Assembly: GCA_038224135.1 (NCBI GenBank) | Contig: JBBRFO010000001.1 | Span: 9,503 to 73,502 of the forward strand | Source of the DNA: Solirubrobacterales bacterium | Lineage (GTDB): Bacteria; Actinomycetota; Thermoleophilia; Solirubrobacterales; Solirubrobacteraceae | DNA: 64,000 nt | Reading direction: 5' to 3' | Shown: positions 1 to 9,361 of the stretch, one piece after another | How the letters are laid out: every line of letters starts with the position of its first letter | Position numbering within the stretch: the stretch's first letter is position 1 | Made by a program: the position numbers and the translations under genes | Notes under the pieces: model-generated | What the model was told of the DNA's origin: nothing | Databases searched by the model: none | The model's input: the letters and a program-made list of their open reading frames with translations, nothing else

Positions 1-517
1 CGCGCGACGCGCCATCGCCGAGCGCCTCGAGGTCGTGCCAGGTGAACGGCAGGCGCGAACGGCGGGCGTGCTCCACCGTCCGCAACGTGTCAGCCGATGA
101 GCGCGGCCCGATGATCTCGATGCCGACGTCCTCGCGCTCCTGCAGCGCCTCGCGTCGCTGCATGAACGTCGACAGCAGCAGATCGGCGAGCGGTCCGTCC
201 TCGAACAACAGGCCGCGCAGCTCGAGCCGATCGACGGCTATGTAGCGCATCGGTTCGGTCACGACCGCCGTCAGGAAGACCGTCTGCCCCGACAGCAGGT
301 TCATCTCGCCGAGAAATCCGGACGCGCCGTGGCGTACGATCTCGTCGCCGTACTCGTTCTCGACGGCGACTTCGCCTTCGATGATCGCGATGAAGGGGTA
401 CTCCGCGTCACCGACCGTGAACAGCGTCTCGCCGACCGTCGCCGTGCGCTCCTCGCCGTGTTCGGTGAGCAGTTCGAGCTGCGCATCGGAGAGCACCGGG
501 GTTGTCGATCGAGCCAC
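1..517 (-). CDS. cyclic nucleotide-binding domain protein, N-terminal part (3' end beyond window; probably a cNMP-binding/thioredoxin-reductase-like oxidoreductase)
   Basis: Own minus-strand translation from GTG at 517: VARSTTPVLSDAQLELLTEHGEERTATVGETLFTVGDAEYPFIAIIEGEVAV...ASGFLGEMNLLSGQTVF (cNMP-binding beta-roll). Open to the window edge. In-frame stop upstream at 584-586. Absent from ORF track because truncated. Confidence 0.6.
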   Translation of the reverse strand, partial: MARSTTPVLSDAQLELLTEHGEERTATVGETLFTVGDAEYPFIAIIEGEVAVENEYGDEIVRHGASGFLGEMNLLSGQTVFLTAVVTEPMRYIAVDRLELRGLLFEDGPLADLLLSTFMQRREALQEREDVGIEIIGPRSSADTLRTVEHARRSRLPFTWHDLEALGDGASR

Positions 518-563
518 GCGGAAAAGCGTACACAGGGGCTGATGGCGCCCCAGCAGGCGCCGC

Positions 564-1703
564 TCAGGCCCGAGCCGGCAGCTTCACGACCGGCAGTCCC
601 CCGGGGAACGGTTCGCACAACGCCGCCGGCGCGCCCCCCCGAGCGAGGGTGCGACGCAGCTGGATGAACGCGATCGAGCCGAGGATCGCCGGGATGCCGA
701 GCTGCATCGAGCGATAGGCGAGCACCGCCGCGGTCGACTCTGCCAGCGGGCTGCCGTACAGCGTCAGCGCGCCGATCAGGCCGCCGTCGGTGCCGCCGAT
801 TCCGCCGGGCAGCGGGATCAGCCCGCCGAGCTGCCCGATCACGTAGGCGAACAGGAACGCACCCACCGGCGGGACCGAGCCGAGCGCCGCAAAGGCCGCG
901 GCGAGCGCCGCCACGTCGAATGCCATGTAGCCGACCGCGCCGAAGATGACGCCGCCCTGGCGGGTGCGCAGCAGCTCGCGGGCATCGCGGACGCCTTCGG
1001 CAGCCGAGAGGACGCCGCGCCGCAACAGGACAGCGGCGCGCTCGCGGCGGGTCGCGGGCACACCCGTCGTGCCGCCCATCACCCCGACCCGCTCAAGGAT
1101 CCAGGGGAGCGTCGCGACCGTCAGGATCGCCGCACACGCGAGCAGCGCCAGCGGAAGCGTCAGCGCCAGCGGACCCGCGCCCGGCAGCACGCCACCGGCC
1201 AGCAGCAGCCCGGCGAAGGCCGCGCAGATGAAGTTCGGTGCACTGGTGATCACGAAGAAGGCGACGCTGCGATGGGCGATCCGCTCGGTCCCCATCCCGC
1301 CCTGCCTCAGGACCCACGCCCCGAGTGCGAGCCCGCCGACGCCGCCGGCCGGCACCAGCACGTTCGTCGCCTGCTCGGCCAGCCCGACCTGATAGCTGAA
1401 TCGCCAGCTCAGGCGCGAGCAGAAGATGCTGCGGAAGGCGACGACGTACGACAGGCACGAGGCGACCTCGAGCAGCACCATCGCCACGAGCCAGCCGGGC
1501 TGTGCGTCGGCGAAGCGCTGGCGGACCTCGGACAGCCCGGGCAGCGTGCTGATCAGCAGCGCCGTGACGACCGCGAGCGCGGCGAGCATGGCGATCCGCC
1601 GCCGCGAGCCGCCGGCCTTGAGCTCGTCGGGCAGATCGTCCGGGACGCCGGTGCCGACGCCGGTCGCAGGCGGGCGTTCGGTCTGGGGGCTGACGGCGGC
1701 CAT
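564..1703 (-). CDS. UPF0104 / flippase-like (lysyl-PG synthase TM-domain family) integral membrane protein
   Basis: 379-aa ORF with many hydrophobic segments. Gly-rich C-terminal stretch LGGLIPLPGGIGGTDGGLIGAL is typical of the family. High GC3. Confidence 0.7.
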   Translation of the reverse strand: MAAVSPQTERPPATGVGTGVPDDLPDELKAGGSRRRIAMLAALAVVTALLISTLPGLSEVRQRFADAQPGWLVAMVLLEVASCLSYVVAFRSIFCSRLSWRFSYQVGLAEQATNVLVPAGGVGGLALGAWVLRQGGMGTERIAHRSVAFFVITSAPNFICAAFAGLLLAGGVLPGAGPLALTLPLALLACAAILTVATLPWILERVGVMGGTTGVPATRRERAAVLLRRGVLSAAEGVRDARELLRTRQGGVIFGAVGYMAFDVAALAAAFAALGSVPPVGAFLFAYVIGQLGGLIPLPGGIGGTDGGLIGALTLYGSPLAESTAAVLAYRSMQLGIPAILGSIAFIQLRRTLARGGAPAALCEPFPGGLPVVKLPARA

Positions 1704-1804
1704 CAGGGGACCACGCTACACCGGCAGCGACGCCCTCCCCGCGCCTGTCATCGTTTTCTGACACGCCCTTGCGCGTCGCGGGTCGATTCGAGAGGGTGCC
1801 CGGC

Positions 1805-3262
1805 ATGACCCGCCGACTGCTGCTCGCCGCCATCACCTGCGCCTCGACGCTCGCCCTCGCGCCCGTCGCCGTGGCCGACCGCGGTCCTTCGCCGCTGGAA
1901 CGCTCGCTGCTGAGCGCCGTCCAGGGCGTCGGCTTCGGTCAGGTGGTCGACTTCGACTCAGGGGCGATCCCGGCGCCGCAGGTCGCGGCGACGCCGAACG
2001 TCGACGTTGCCGTGTTCGCGCTGAACAAGTCCGGCCGGGTGTCCGACGCCGCGGACGTGCTGCTCTCGCGGGACTACCCGAGCGGCGTGCTCGTGCCGAT
2101 CAATCGCAACCTCGGGACGACGGCCGTGCGCTACCGCGCGTGGGACATCGATCGCTGGGACGGGGGCATCCCGTGGGACTCGCCGTTCGCGCCCGGAACC
2201 GACATCGTCCCGGGTCGCGAGTCCGCGCAGCTGCAGTTCATGGCGCCCTACCCGGCGTCGCTGTTCAAGGTGTTGGTCGCGTTCGGCGTGCTGCGACTGG
2301 CCGACAAGGAGGCGCTGACGCTGAGCCAGCCGTACACGTACACGCCGCCGCCGACCGGCGATCCCGCGACCGGGCTGTGCGGCGACGGCGCGCCGATCAC
2401 GCGGACGATCAACGACTGGCTCGATCCGATGATCAGCGAATCGAGCAACCAGAGCACCTGCGCGATGCTGAAGCTGCTGCACGACCGGCCCGGCCGCGTT
2501 CCCGGCACCGACGGCGTCGACGACCTCAACGCGCAGCTTGCGGCGATCGGCCTCGGCACGCTGCAGGTCAACGGCACCAACCCGGCCAACGGCGGTCGCT
2601 GGAACCCGGGCGAGATTCACGTGACGGCGCTGGACATGGCGCGCTTCTTCCTGCTCGTCGACGGCGGCCAGGAGGTGCTCTGGAGGACCGACGCCGGCCG
2701 GCCGGTCAAGACCGACGTGCTGTCCGACGCCTCGCGCGCGACGTTCCAGCGCTACCTCGCCGACCAGGGCTTCCGCGAGGTTCTCTCGACGACGAACTTC
2801 TGCGGCCTCGCATACCCGGCTCCGGGCATTCCGGCACGCGTCGCCGAGCGCTGGATCCAGCCCGACGGCACGGTCACGGTCGACGGCGTCCCGTACCCCG
2901 CCGACGTGCGTCCGTGCAACGCGGCGGCGACGGTCGACTTCCTCGACAAGACCGGGCTGACCTACAACTACGGCTCAGATGCCGGCATCGTGCGCAACCT
3001 CCCGGGCAAGCCCCAGGTGCACTACATCGTCTCGATCCTGTCGAACCTGGGCTACCGCTACGGCGATCCGCAGTTCGCCAACCTGCTCGATCTGCCGTGC
3101 TTCTCGGCCGAGGCCAACTACGCCTGCTACACGGAGAAGTTCTCGCAGCTCGGCGCCAAGGTCCACGAGCTGCTGGCCGCGCGCCGGCCCGGCCGCGGAT
3201 CGGGCGACGGCCCGCGGCGCGACATCAGCCGCGAGCGCCGACACGAGCGGATCGAGCGCTGA
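1805..3262 (+). CDS. secreted serine hydrolase with class A beta-lactamase / DD-peptidase-like motifs
   Basis: Signal-like N-terminus MTRRLLLAAITCASTLALAPVAVA from ATG 1805. SxxK (PASLFKV), SxN-like (ESSNQS) and KTG (FLDKTGL) motifs occur in the right order. Confidence 0.7.
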   Translation: MTRRLLLAAITCASTLALAPVAVADRGPSPLERSLLSAVQGVGFGQVVDFDSGAIPAPQVAATPNVDVAVFALNKSGRVSDAADVLLSRDYPSGVLVPINRNLGTTAVRYRAWDIDRWDGGIPWDSPFAPGTDIVPGRESAQLQFMAPYPASLFKVLVAFGVLRLADKEALTLSQPYTYTPPPTGDPATGLCGDGAPITRTINDWLDPMISESSNQSTCAMLKLLHDRPGRVPGTDGVDDLNAQLAAIGLGTLQVNGTNPANGGRWNPGEIHVTALDMARFFLLVDGGQEVLWRTDAGRPVKTDVLSDASRATFQRYLADQGFREVLSTTNFCGLAYPAPGIPARVAERWIQPDGTVTVDGVPYPADVRPCNAAATVDFLDKTGLTYNYGSDAGIVRNLPGKPQVHYIVSILSNLGYRYGDPQFANLLDLPCFSAEANYACYTEKFSQLGAKVHELLAARRPGRGSGDGPRRDISRERRHERIER

Positions 3263-3265
3263 GCG

Positions 3266-3856
3266 TCAGCCCAGCACTGCGCGCACTCGTGCGCGGACGG
3301 CCGGCACGGTGTCGGCCTCGAACCACGGGTTGCGCGCCAGCCAGGCCCGGTTGCGCGGTGAGGGGTGGGGGATCACGATGCGCGCCGGCAACAGCTCGCG
3401 CCAGCGCCCGACGACCTCGGTGACCGCGGCACCGGCGTCGGCTGCGTAGCGTCGCTGCGCATAGGCGCCGACGATCACCGTCAGGCGATCGTCCGGGAGC
3501 TCTCCGAGCAGCCGCTCGTGCCACAGCGGCGCGCACTCCGGTCGCGGCGGAAGGTCGCCGGAGGGGCCGGTTCCGGGGTAACAGAAGCCCATCGGCACGA
3601 GCGCGGTGCGGGCGGGGTCGTAGAACTCCTCGGGGCTCAAGCCGAGCCAGTCGCGAAGGCGTGTCCCGGACGGGTCGTCCCATGCGATGCCGCTTTCGTG
3701 GACGCGGCGGCCTGGCGCCTGGCCGATGATCACCAGTCGTGCGGTCGGCCCGGCCTGGACGATCGGCCGCGGCCCTGCGGGCAACTCGGACGCGCAGACG
3801 ACGCAGCTGCGGATCTCGCGCAGCAGCCCGTCAAGACGCACCGCTGCGGACGGCAT
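3266..3856 (-). CDS. uracil-DNA glycosylase family protein (family 4/5-like)
   Basis: GQAPG motif (VIIGQAPGRR) and HPSPRN motif. Start moved to internal ATG 3856, because the longer ORF would overlap the upstream zinc-finger gene. Confidence 0.8.
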   Translation of the reverse strand: MPSAAVRLDGLLREIRSCVVCASELPAGPRPIVQAGPTARLVIIGQAPGRRVHESGIAWDDPSGTRLRDWLGLSPEEFYDPARTALVPMGFCYPGTGPSGDLPPRPECAPLWHERLLGELPDDRLTVIVGAYAQRRYAADAGAAVTEVVGRWRELLPARIVIPHPSPRNRAWLARNPWFEADTVPAVRARVRAVLG

Positions 3857-3867
3857 CGCCGCGCCGC

Positions 3868-4146
3868 TCAGCTCTCCGGGTCGATGATGAACGCGACGTC
3901 GTCGACAAAGCAGAAGCTCCAGTCCTCGCCGCGCTCGAGCGATCGCATGACCGGATGCTGCGATTCGGCGAAGTGCGCGCTGGCGTGCTTGTTCGGCGAA
4001 CTGTCGCAGCAGCCGACCTTGCCGCAGCTGTGGCACATCCGCAGGTGCATCCAGCGGCCGCCGATCTTCAGGCACTCCTCGCAGCCTGCGACCTCACCGT
4101 CGGGCTCGAGAACGGTGATCGTGTCCAGGTGCGTGCAGGTGGCCAT
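3868..4146 (-). CDS. UBP-type zinc-finger domain protein
   Basis: 92 aa. Cys/His pattern CTH...CEEC...H..MCHSCGKVGCCDSSPNKHASAHF is typical of small actinobacterial zf-UBP proteins. Confidence 0.75.
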   Translation of the reverse strand: MATCTHLDTITVLEPDGEVAGCEECLKIGGRWMHLRMCHSCGKVGCCDSSPNKHASAHFAESQHPVMRSLERGEDWSFCFVDDVAFIIDPES

Positions 4147-4273
4147 GGCGTCAGGCTATCGGAGCAAAATGCGGGCTCCGCGACGTCGGGTGGCCGCGCC
4201 CAGGCTGCATCTCGGCGGCTCGCCGTAGGATGACGCCGCAGCGCCGCAGCGGCGCCTGACGAAAGGGAACGCG

Positions 4274-5113
4274 ATGTCCACGCCATCGAAGGCCGTGCTC
4301 GTGACGGGCTGCTCGTCCGGGATCGGCCATGCCACCGCCAAGCGGCTCGCCGCAGCCGGCCACAGGGTCTACGCGACTGCGCGCAAGGCGGAGGCGATCG
4401 CGGATCTCGCAGCCGCCGGCTGCACGACGCTGGCGCTCGATGTGACCGACGAGGCATCGATGCAGGCCGCGGTCGACACGGTCGTCGCAGCCGAGGGCGC
4501 CGTCGGCGTGCTCGTCAACAACGCCGGCTACTCGCAGAGCGGCGCGATCGAGACCGTCGCGATGGACGACGTGCGACGCCAGTTCGAGACGAACGTCTTC
4601 GGCCTGATCCGGATGTCGCAGCTGGTGCTTCCCGGGATGCGCGATCAGCACTGGGGCCGGATCATCAATGTCAGCTCGATGGGCGCCAACTTCACCTTCC
4701 CGGGCGGCGGCGTCTACCACGCGACCAAGTACGCGGTCGAGGCGCTGTCCGACGCGCTGCGCTTCGAGGTCAAGGGCTTCGGCGTCGACGTGACGATCAT
4801 CCAGCCGGGCATCATCCGCACGAACTTCGACAAGGCCGCCGTCGCCGGCATCACCGCGTCGGACAGCGGGCCGTACGCGGAGTTCAACGGCGCCGTTGCC
4901 AAGTCGACCTCAGACGTCTACGAGAAGGGGATGCTGGCCAAGCTCGGCGGCGACCCCGACGCTGTCGCCAAAGCGATCGAAGGCGCCATCGCCAAGCCGA
5001 AGATCCGCGTCACCGTGACGCCGTCGGCGAAGCTGCTGATCGGGCAGCGCAAGCTGATGACCGATGGCATCTGGGACCGCTTCCTTGCCGGCCAGTTCCC
5101 GCGGCCGGGCTGA
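4274..5113 (+). CDS. SDR family oxidoreductase
   Basis: TGCSSGIG cofactor motif, NNAG, YHATK catalytic YxxxK. AAGGGA RBS-like sequence upstream. Confidence 0.9.
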   Translation: MSTPSKAVLVTGCSSGIGHATAKRLAAAGHRVYATARKAEAIADLAAAGCTTLALDVTDEASMQAAVDTVVAAEGAVGVLVNNAGYSQSGAIETVAMDDVRRQFETNVFGLIRMSQLVLPGMRDQHWGRIINVSSMGANFTFPGGGVYHATKYAVEALSDALRFEVKGFGVDVTIIQPGIIRTNFDKAAVAGITASDSGPYAEFNGAVAKSTSDVYEKGMLAKLGGDPDAVAKAIEGAIAKPKIRVTVTPSAKLLIGQRKLMTDGIWDRFLAGQFPRPG

Positions 5114-5162
5114 TGATTCGCAGAGCGTCGTAACGCTTGCCGTCATCGGGATACGGCCCTCG

Positions 5163-5684
5163 ATGCATCAACTCAGCAGCATCCGCGCGGCGACGCCCGG
5201 CGACGCGACCGCGATCAAGGCGATCGCGGTCGATACCGGCATGTTCCAGGCCGACGAGCTGGACGGTTTCGGCGAACAGCTGTCCGGGTTCTTCGACGGT
5301 GGCCTTGCGGATCACGCCTGGATCGTTCTCGAGGGCGCTGACGACGCCGTCATCGGCGCCGCCTACTACGCCCCCGAGCCGTTTTCGGATCGGATGTGGA
5401 ACCTCTACTTCATCGCTGTTCGCCCTGAGCATCAGGCGTCCGGAGCGGGCGGTGCGCTGATCGGTCACGTCGAGCAGGCGCTGAGCGACAAGGGCCAGGA
5501 TGCCGCGAGGGTCCTGATCGTCGAGACCTCGAGCCTCGACGGCTTCGCGCTCGCCCGCCGCTTCTACACCAAACACGGATACGGGCAGGAGGCGCGAATC
5601 CGCGAGTTCTACGGCCCCGGCGATCACAAGATCGTGTTCTGGAAATTGCTTGCCGGCGCAGGCGAGCGCGCCGCGGCCGGCTGA
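5163..5684 (+). CDS. GNAT family N-acetyltransferase
   Basis: FIAVRPEHQASGAGGALI matches the acetyl-CoA binding Q/RxxGxG/A motif. Start set at ATG 5163 to avoid overlap with the SDR gene. Confidence 0.8.
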   Translation: MHQLSSIRAATPGDATAIKAIAVDTGMFQADELDGFGEQLSGFFDGGLADHAWIVLEGADDAVIGAAYYAPEPFSDRMWNLYFIAVRPEHQASGAGGALIGHVEQALSDKGQDAARVLIVETSSLDGFALARRFYTKHGYGQEARIREFYGPGDHKIVFWKLLAGAGERAAAG

Positions 5685-5723
5685 CGCGCAAAGCCGGGCA
5701 CCGCGAGTCGTCATGCTTGCGGC

Positions 5724-5978
5724 ATGACACCGAACGATCCCGACCAGTCGGTCGAAGACCAGATCAACGCGCTTGTCGAGCGCGAGCACCAGCTGCGCGA
5801 GCACGTCGACGGCCGCGGGCTGGACGATGCCGAGCAGGCCGAGCTTCAGGCGGCTGAGGTGAAGCTCGATCAGCTCTGGGACCTGCTGCGCCGGCGCCGT
5901 GCGACGCGCGACGCGGGCGGCGATCCGCAGGGGCAGACGCTGCGCCCCGCTGACACGGTCGAGGACTACCTGCAGTAG
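5724..5978 (+). CDS. DUF2630 family protein
   Basis: 84 aa. LVEREHQLRE ... LDQLWDLLRRRRA ... VEDYLQ matches my memory of the DUF2630 pattern. Confidence 0.7.
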   Translation: MTPNDPDQSVEDQINALVEREHQLREHVDGRGLDDAEQAELQAAEVKLDQLWDLLRRRRATRDAGGDPQGQTLRPADTVEDYLQ

Positions 5979-5987
5979 CCGCCCGGC

Positions 5988-7124
5988 TCAGCCGGTGGCG
6001 CCGGGCAGGACGACCTGTCGCACGCCCTCGCCATCGGCGAGCCGGTCCAGCGCGGCGTTGACGTCGTCCAGCGCGACGCGGTGCGTCAACAGCCGGTCGA
6101 CCGGCAGCCGTCCCGCGCGGTGCAGTGCGATCAGCCGCGGGATGTCGCGGCCGGGGACGGCGGAGCCCATGTACGAGCCCTTCAGCGTGCGCTCCTCGGC
6201 GACCAGCGACAGCGCCTGGATGTCGAGCCGGCGATCGGGATGGGGGAGGCCGACGGTGACCGTCGTCCCGCCGCGGCGCGTCATCGCGTAGGCATCGGCC
6301 AGCACGCGCTCGTCGCCGACGGTCTCGATCACGTGGTCGGCGCCACCGCCGGTCAGCTCGCGGACCGCGGCGACCGTGTCGTCGCCGGCCGCCAGTGCGT
6401 GGTCAGCGCCGAGTTCGCGGGCGAGCTCCAGCTTGGCCGGCACGACGTCGAGTCCGACGACCGGGTGCGCGCCGGCGGCCAGCGCGCCGATCAGCGCCGC
6501 GAGGCCGACGCCGCCGAGGCCGGCGACGACGACGCTCTGCCCCGGCCGGACCGCCGCGGTGTTGACGACGGCGCCGACGCCCGTCAGTACGGCGCAGCCG
6601 AACAGCGCCGCGATCTGGGGCGGCAGGTCGGGATCGATCCGCACGACCGACCGCGCGCTGACGACGGCGGCCTCGGCCAGCGCCGAGACGCCGAGGTGAT
6701 GATGCACGCGGCCGCCGGCGTCGTCGCTCAGCCGCTCGCCGCCGCCGAGCAGCGTGCCGGCGCCGTTGGCCAGGGCTCCGGGCTCACACAGCGCCGGGCG
6801 ACCGTCGGCACACGGCCCGCAGTGGCCGCACGCCGGCATGAACGAACAGACGACGCGATCGCCGACGGCGAGGCCCTCGACGCCGGCGCCCAGCTCCAGC
6901 ACCTCGCCCGCCGCTTCGTGCCCGAGCGCCATCGGCAGCGGCCGTGGGCGCGACCCATCGACGACCGACAGGTCCGAGTGGCACAGCCCGGCCGCGAGGA
7001 TCCGCAGCAGCACCTCGCCGCGGCCGGGCGGCTCCAGCTCGATCTGCTCGATCCGCAGCGGGCGCGAGGTTGCGTACGGGCGAGGCAGGCCTGCCTCGTG
7101 CAGGACGGCGGCGCGGATCTTCAC
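5988..7124 (-). CDS. zinc-dependent alcohol dehydrogenase family protein
   Basis: GLCHSDL, GHEAAGEV and the structural-Zn motif CGHCGPCADGRPALC. GTG start at 7124 (VKIRAAVLHE) forms a GTGA overlap with the thioesterase stop. Confidence 0.9.
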   Translation of the reverse strand: MKIRAAVLHEAGLPRPYATSRPLRIEQIELEPPGRGEVLLRILAAGLCHSDLSVVDGSRPRPLPMALGHEAAGEVLELGAGVEGLAVGDRVVCSFMPACGHCGPCADGRPALCEPGALANGAGTLLGGGERLSDDAGGRVHHHLGVSALAEAAVVSARSVVRIDPDLPPQIAALFGCAVLTGVGAVVNTAAVRPGQSVVVAGLGGVGLAALIGALAAGAHPVVGLDVVPAKLELARELGADHALAAGDDTVAAVRELTGGGADHVIETVGDERVLADAYAMTRRGGTTVTVGLPHPDRRLDIQALSLVAEERTLKGSYMGSAVPGRDIPRLIALHRAGRLPVDRLLTHRVALDDVNAALDRLADGEGVRQVVLPGATG

Positions 7125-7555
7125 GCGGCTGGCTCCCCAACGACGAGCCGCTGGAGCGCGGCGCGCAGCGGCGGCGGGATCTCGGCCGGCCGCCGGCTGT
7201 CGCGATCGACGAACACGTGGACGAACGAGCCGGTCGCGGCGGGCGCCGCGTCGGCGTCGTCGAACAGCGCCAGGTCGTAGGTCGCGCTGGTCAGGCCGAG
7301 GCGGCTCACGCGCACGCCGCAGCGCACCTCGTCCGGAAACGTGAGTGAGCGATGAAACGTGCACGACGACGTCGCGCAGACGCCGATGACGGCGCTCGCG
7401 GCCGGATCCAGCCCGCCTTCGCGCACGAGCCAGGTGTTGATCGCCGTGTCGAAGAACGCGTAGTACTCGACATTGTTGACGTGCCCGTAGGCGTCGCTGT
7501 CGCGCCAGCGCGTCGTGATCAGGGCGACGTAGCCGTAGTCGGACTCGCGGGGCAC
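7121..7555 (-). CDS. acyl-CoA thioesterase (4HBT/hotdog fold)
   Basis: 144 aa. RWRDSDAYGHVNNVEYYAFFD is typical of YbgC/4HBT thioesterases. Confidence 0.85.
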   Translation of the reverse strand: MPRESDYGYVALITTRWRDSDAYGHVNNVEYYAFFDTAINTWLVREGGLDPAASAVIGVCATSSCTFHRSLTFPDEVRCGVRVSRLGLTSATYDLALFDDADAAPAATGSFVHVFVDRDSRRPAEIPPPLRAALQRLVVGEPAA

Positions 7556-7594
7556 GGCGGCAAGGATCGCAGGCTCGGCTGCTAGACAGGAAGC

Positions 7595-8593
7595 ATGGAC
7601 ACCGCAATGGATCGGCGGGCGTGGCTGCTGTTCGCGGCGGTCTCGCTGATCTGGGGCCTGCCGTACTTCTTTATCCGGGTGGCGGTCGACGAAGGGTTGT
7701 CGCCAGCCGTCATCGCGTGCACGCGATGTGTGCTCGGCTTCGTCGTGCTGTTGCCGCTGGCTCGCCGTCGCGGCGCGCTCAGCGGCCTGCGTTCGCGGTG
7801 GCGCGCGGTGCTGGTCTACACGATCGTCGAGATCGCGCTGCCGTTCCCGCTGATCGCCTGGGGCGAGCAGCGGATCGCCTCGTCGCTGGCGGCGATCCTG
7901 ATCGCCGCCGTGCCGCTGATCATCGCCGTGATTCTGGTGCGGCTGGAGCCGTCCGAGCGGCCGACAGGGCGGCGGCTCGTGGGCCTGTTCATCGGCTTCG
8001 CGGGCGTCGTCGCGCTACTCGGCCTGGACGTGGCCGGCCGCCCGCGCGAACTGGCCGGCGCCGGCGCGGTGCTGCTCGCCGCCGTCGGCTACGCGACCGG
8101 GCCGCTGCTCGTTCGGCGCCGGCTACAGGACCTCGATCCGCTCGGTCCGATCTGCGCATCGTTCGGCCTCGCCTCGCTGCTCCTCGCGCCGCTCGCTGTG
8201 GCTTCTGCGCCCGACGCAGTGCCGTCGCTCGCGGCGGTGTTCAGCATCGTCGTGCTCGGGCTGCTCTGCAGCGCGCTGGCGTTTGTCCTGTTCTTCGCAC
8301 TGATCACGCGGATCGGGCCGAGCCGCGCGTCGGTCATCACGTACCTGAATCCGGTCGTGGCTGTGGCGCTCGGCGTCGCGCTGCTGGGCGAGCGACCAGG
8401 TGCCGCAGCGGTCGCCGGCTTGCTGTTGATCCTCGCCGGGTCGTGGCTGGCGACGGGGGGACGGCTGCCGCCCGGTGCCGTGGCCGCTTTGCGCCGCGGG
8501 CCGCGCGCGAGCACGCCCGTCGGCGGCGATGATGCGACGCGCGCGTTCTTCGTCGTCGACAACCTCAACCGGATCGAGCGCCGCCGACCATGA
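7595..8593 (+). CDS. DMT/EamA family transporter
   Basis: 332 aa, about 10 hydrophobic helices, duplicated EamA-like halves. AGGAAG RBS upstream. Confidence 0.85.
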   Translation: MDTAMDRRAWLLFAAVSLIWGLPYFFIRVAVDEGLSPAVIACTRCVLGFVVLLPLARRRGALSGLRSRWRAVLVYTIVEIALPFPLIAWGEQRIASSLAAILIAAVPLIIAVILVRLEPSERPTGRRLVGLFIGFAGVVALLGLDVAGRPRELAGAGAVLLAAVGYATGPLLVRRRLQDLDPLGPICASFGLASLLLAPLAVASAPDAVPSLAAVFSIVVLGLLCSALAFVLFFALITRIGPSRASVITYLNPVVAVALGVALLGERPGAAAVAGLLLILAGSWLATGGRLPPGAVAALRRGPRASTPVGGDDATRAFFVVDNLNRIERRRP

Positions 8594-8776
8594 CCGACCA
8601 CGACCTCACCGACCGCGTCGCCGAACTCCTCCAGCAACCGCCGAGCGAGCTGCGCGATGCCGGCCTCACGACCGAGCTCAGATCGGCTGCGACCACACCG
8701 CCAGGTTGTCCGCTGCCGCTTCACCGCGCACTGCCGCGGCGTGCTCGTCACTACGCGTCGCACAGCCGCCGCCGAC

Positions 8777-9361
8777 TCAGCCGAGTGACGCGGCACGAGC
8801 GGGCGACCGCTCGACCGTCGCCACCTGCTGCTCCAGCCGCTCGCTCCAGCCGACGATGAACTCGTGCAGCTCGCGGCCAAAGCCGGCGATCAGCTCCGGG
8901 AACTCGGCCCCAGATTCGCGGGTGCGGGCGGCCGCCGGCAGGATCTCGCGGTCGAACAGCTCGAGCGCGCGGACGGATCGCTCGCGGACGATCGCGACGC
9001 GGGCCAGCGCCTCGTCCGGCGTCAGCGCGTCGGCGAAGAACAGCCGCAGCAGCTCGCCGTCGCGCAGTTCCATCGTCGCCGGCTCGCCCGCCGTCAGCCA
9101 GGCGTGCAGCGCCGCGCGACCGTCATCGGTGACGGTGAAGACGCGGCGCGGCCGTCGGCCGCGTGCATCATCGCTCCCGGCGAGCAGCCCAGTCTGCTCG
9201 AGCCGCCGCAGCTCGCTGTAGATCTGAGGTGGGCCGAGCGCCCAGAAGAAGCGCAGCGAGCGCTCAGCAGCGCGGCGGACGTCGTAGCCCGACTGCGCCC
9301 CGAGCGCCACCATCCCGAGCACCGCGGCACCGCTGTTGCTGAGCGGGGCGTCGGCGCTCAC
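8777..9361 (-). CDS. PadR family transcriptional regulator
   Basis: Winged-helix region GYDVRRAAERSLRFFWALGPPQIYSELRRLEQTGLL...RRVFTVTDDGRAAL. GTG start overlaps (GTGA) the stop of the upstream oxidoreductase. Confidence 0.85.
   Translation of the reverse strand: MSADAPLSNSGAAVLGMVALGAQSGYDVRRAAERSLRFFWALGPPQIYSELRRLEQTGLLAGSDDARGRRPRRVFTVTDDGRAALHAWLTAGEPATMELRDGELLRLFFADALTPDEALARVAIVRERSVRALELFDREILPAAARTRESGAEFPELIAGFGRELHEFIVGWSERLEQQVATVERSPARAASLG

Noticed and set aside
5988-7607. Single 539-aa ORF spanning the thioesterase and alcohol dehydrogenase regions.
   Set aside because: The N-terminal 160 aa of this frame are Arg-rich nonsense. The real genes are a Zn-ADH from GTG 7124 and, in another frame, the 144-aa thioesterase (7121-7555). 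The two are linked by a GTGA overlap.
8590-8859. 89-aa ORF whose ATG overlaps the EamA stop (ATGA), which could be a coupled small gene.
   Set aside because: Only the first ~30 codons have coding-like GC3. The remainder is Arg/Pro/Ser-rich and runs antisense into the PadR gene. There is no recognisable motif. It could be a short coupled peptide or a gene remnant, but I cannot support it.
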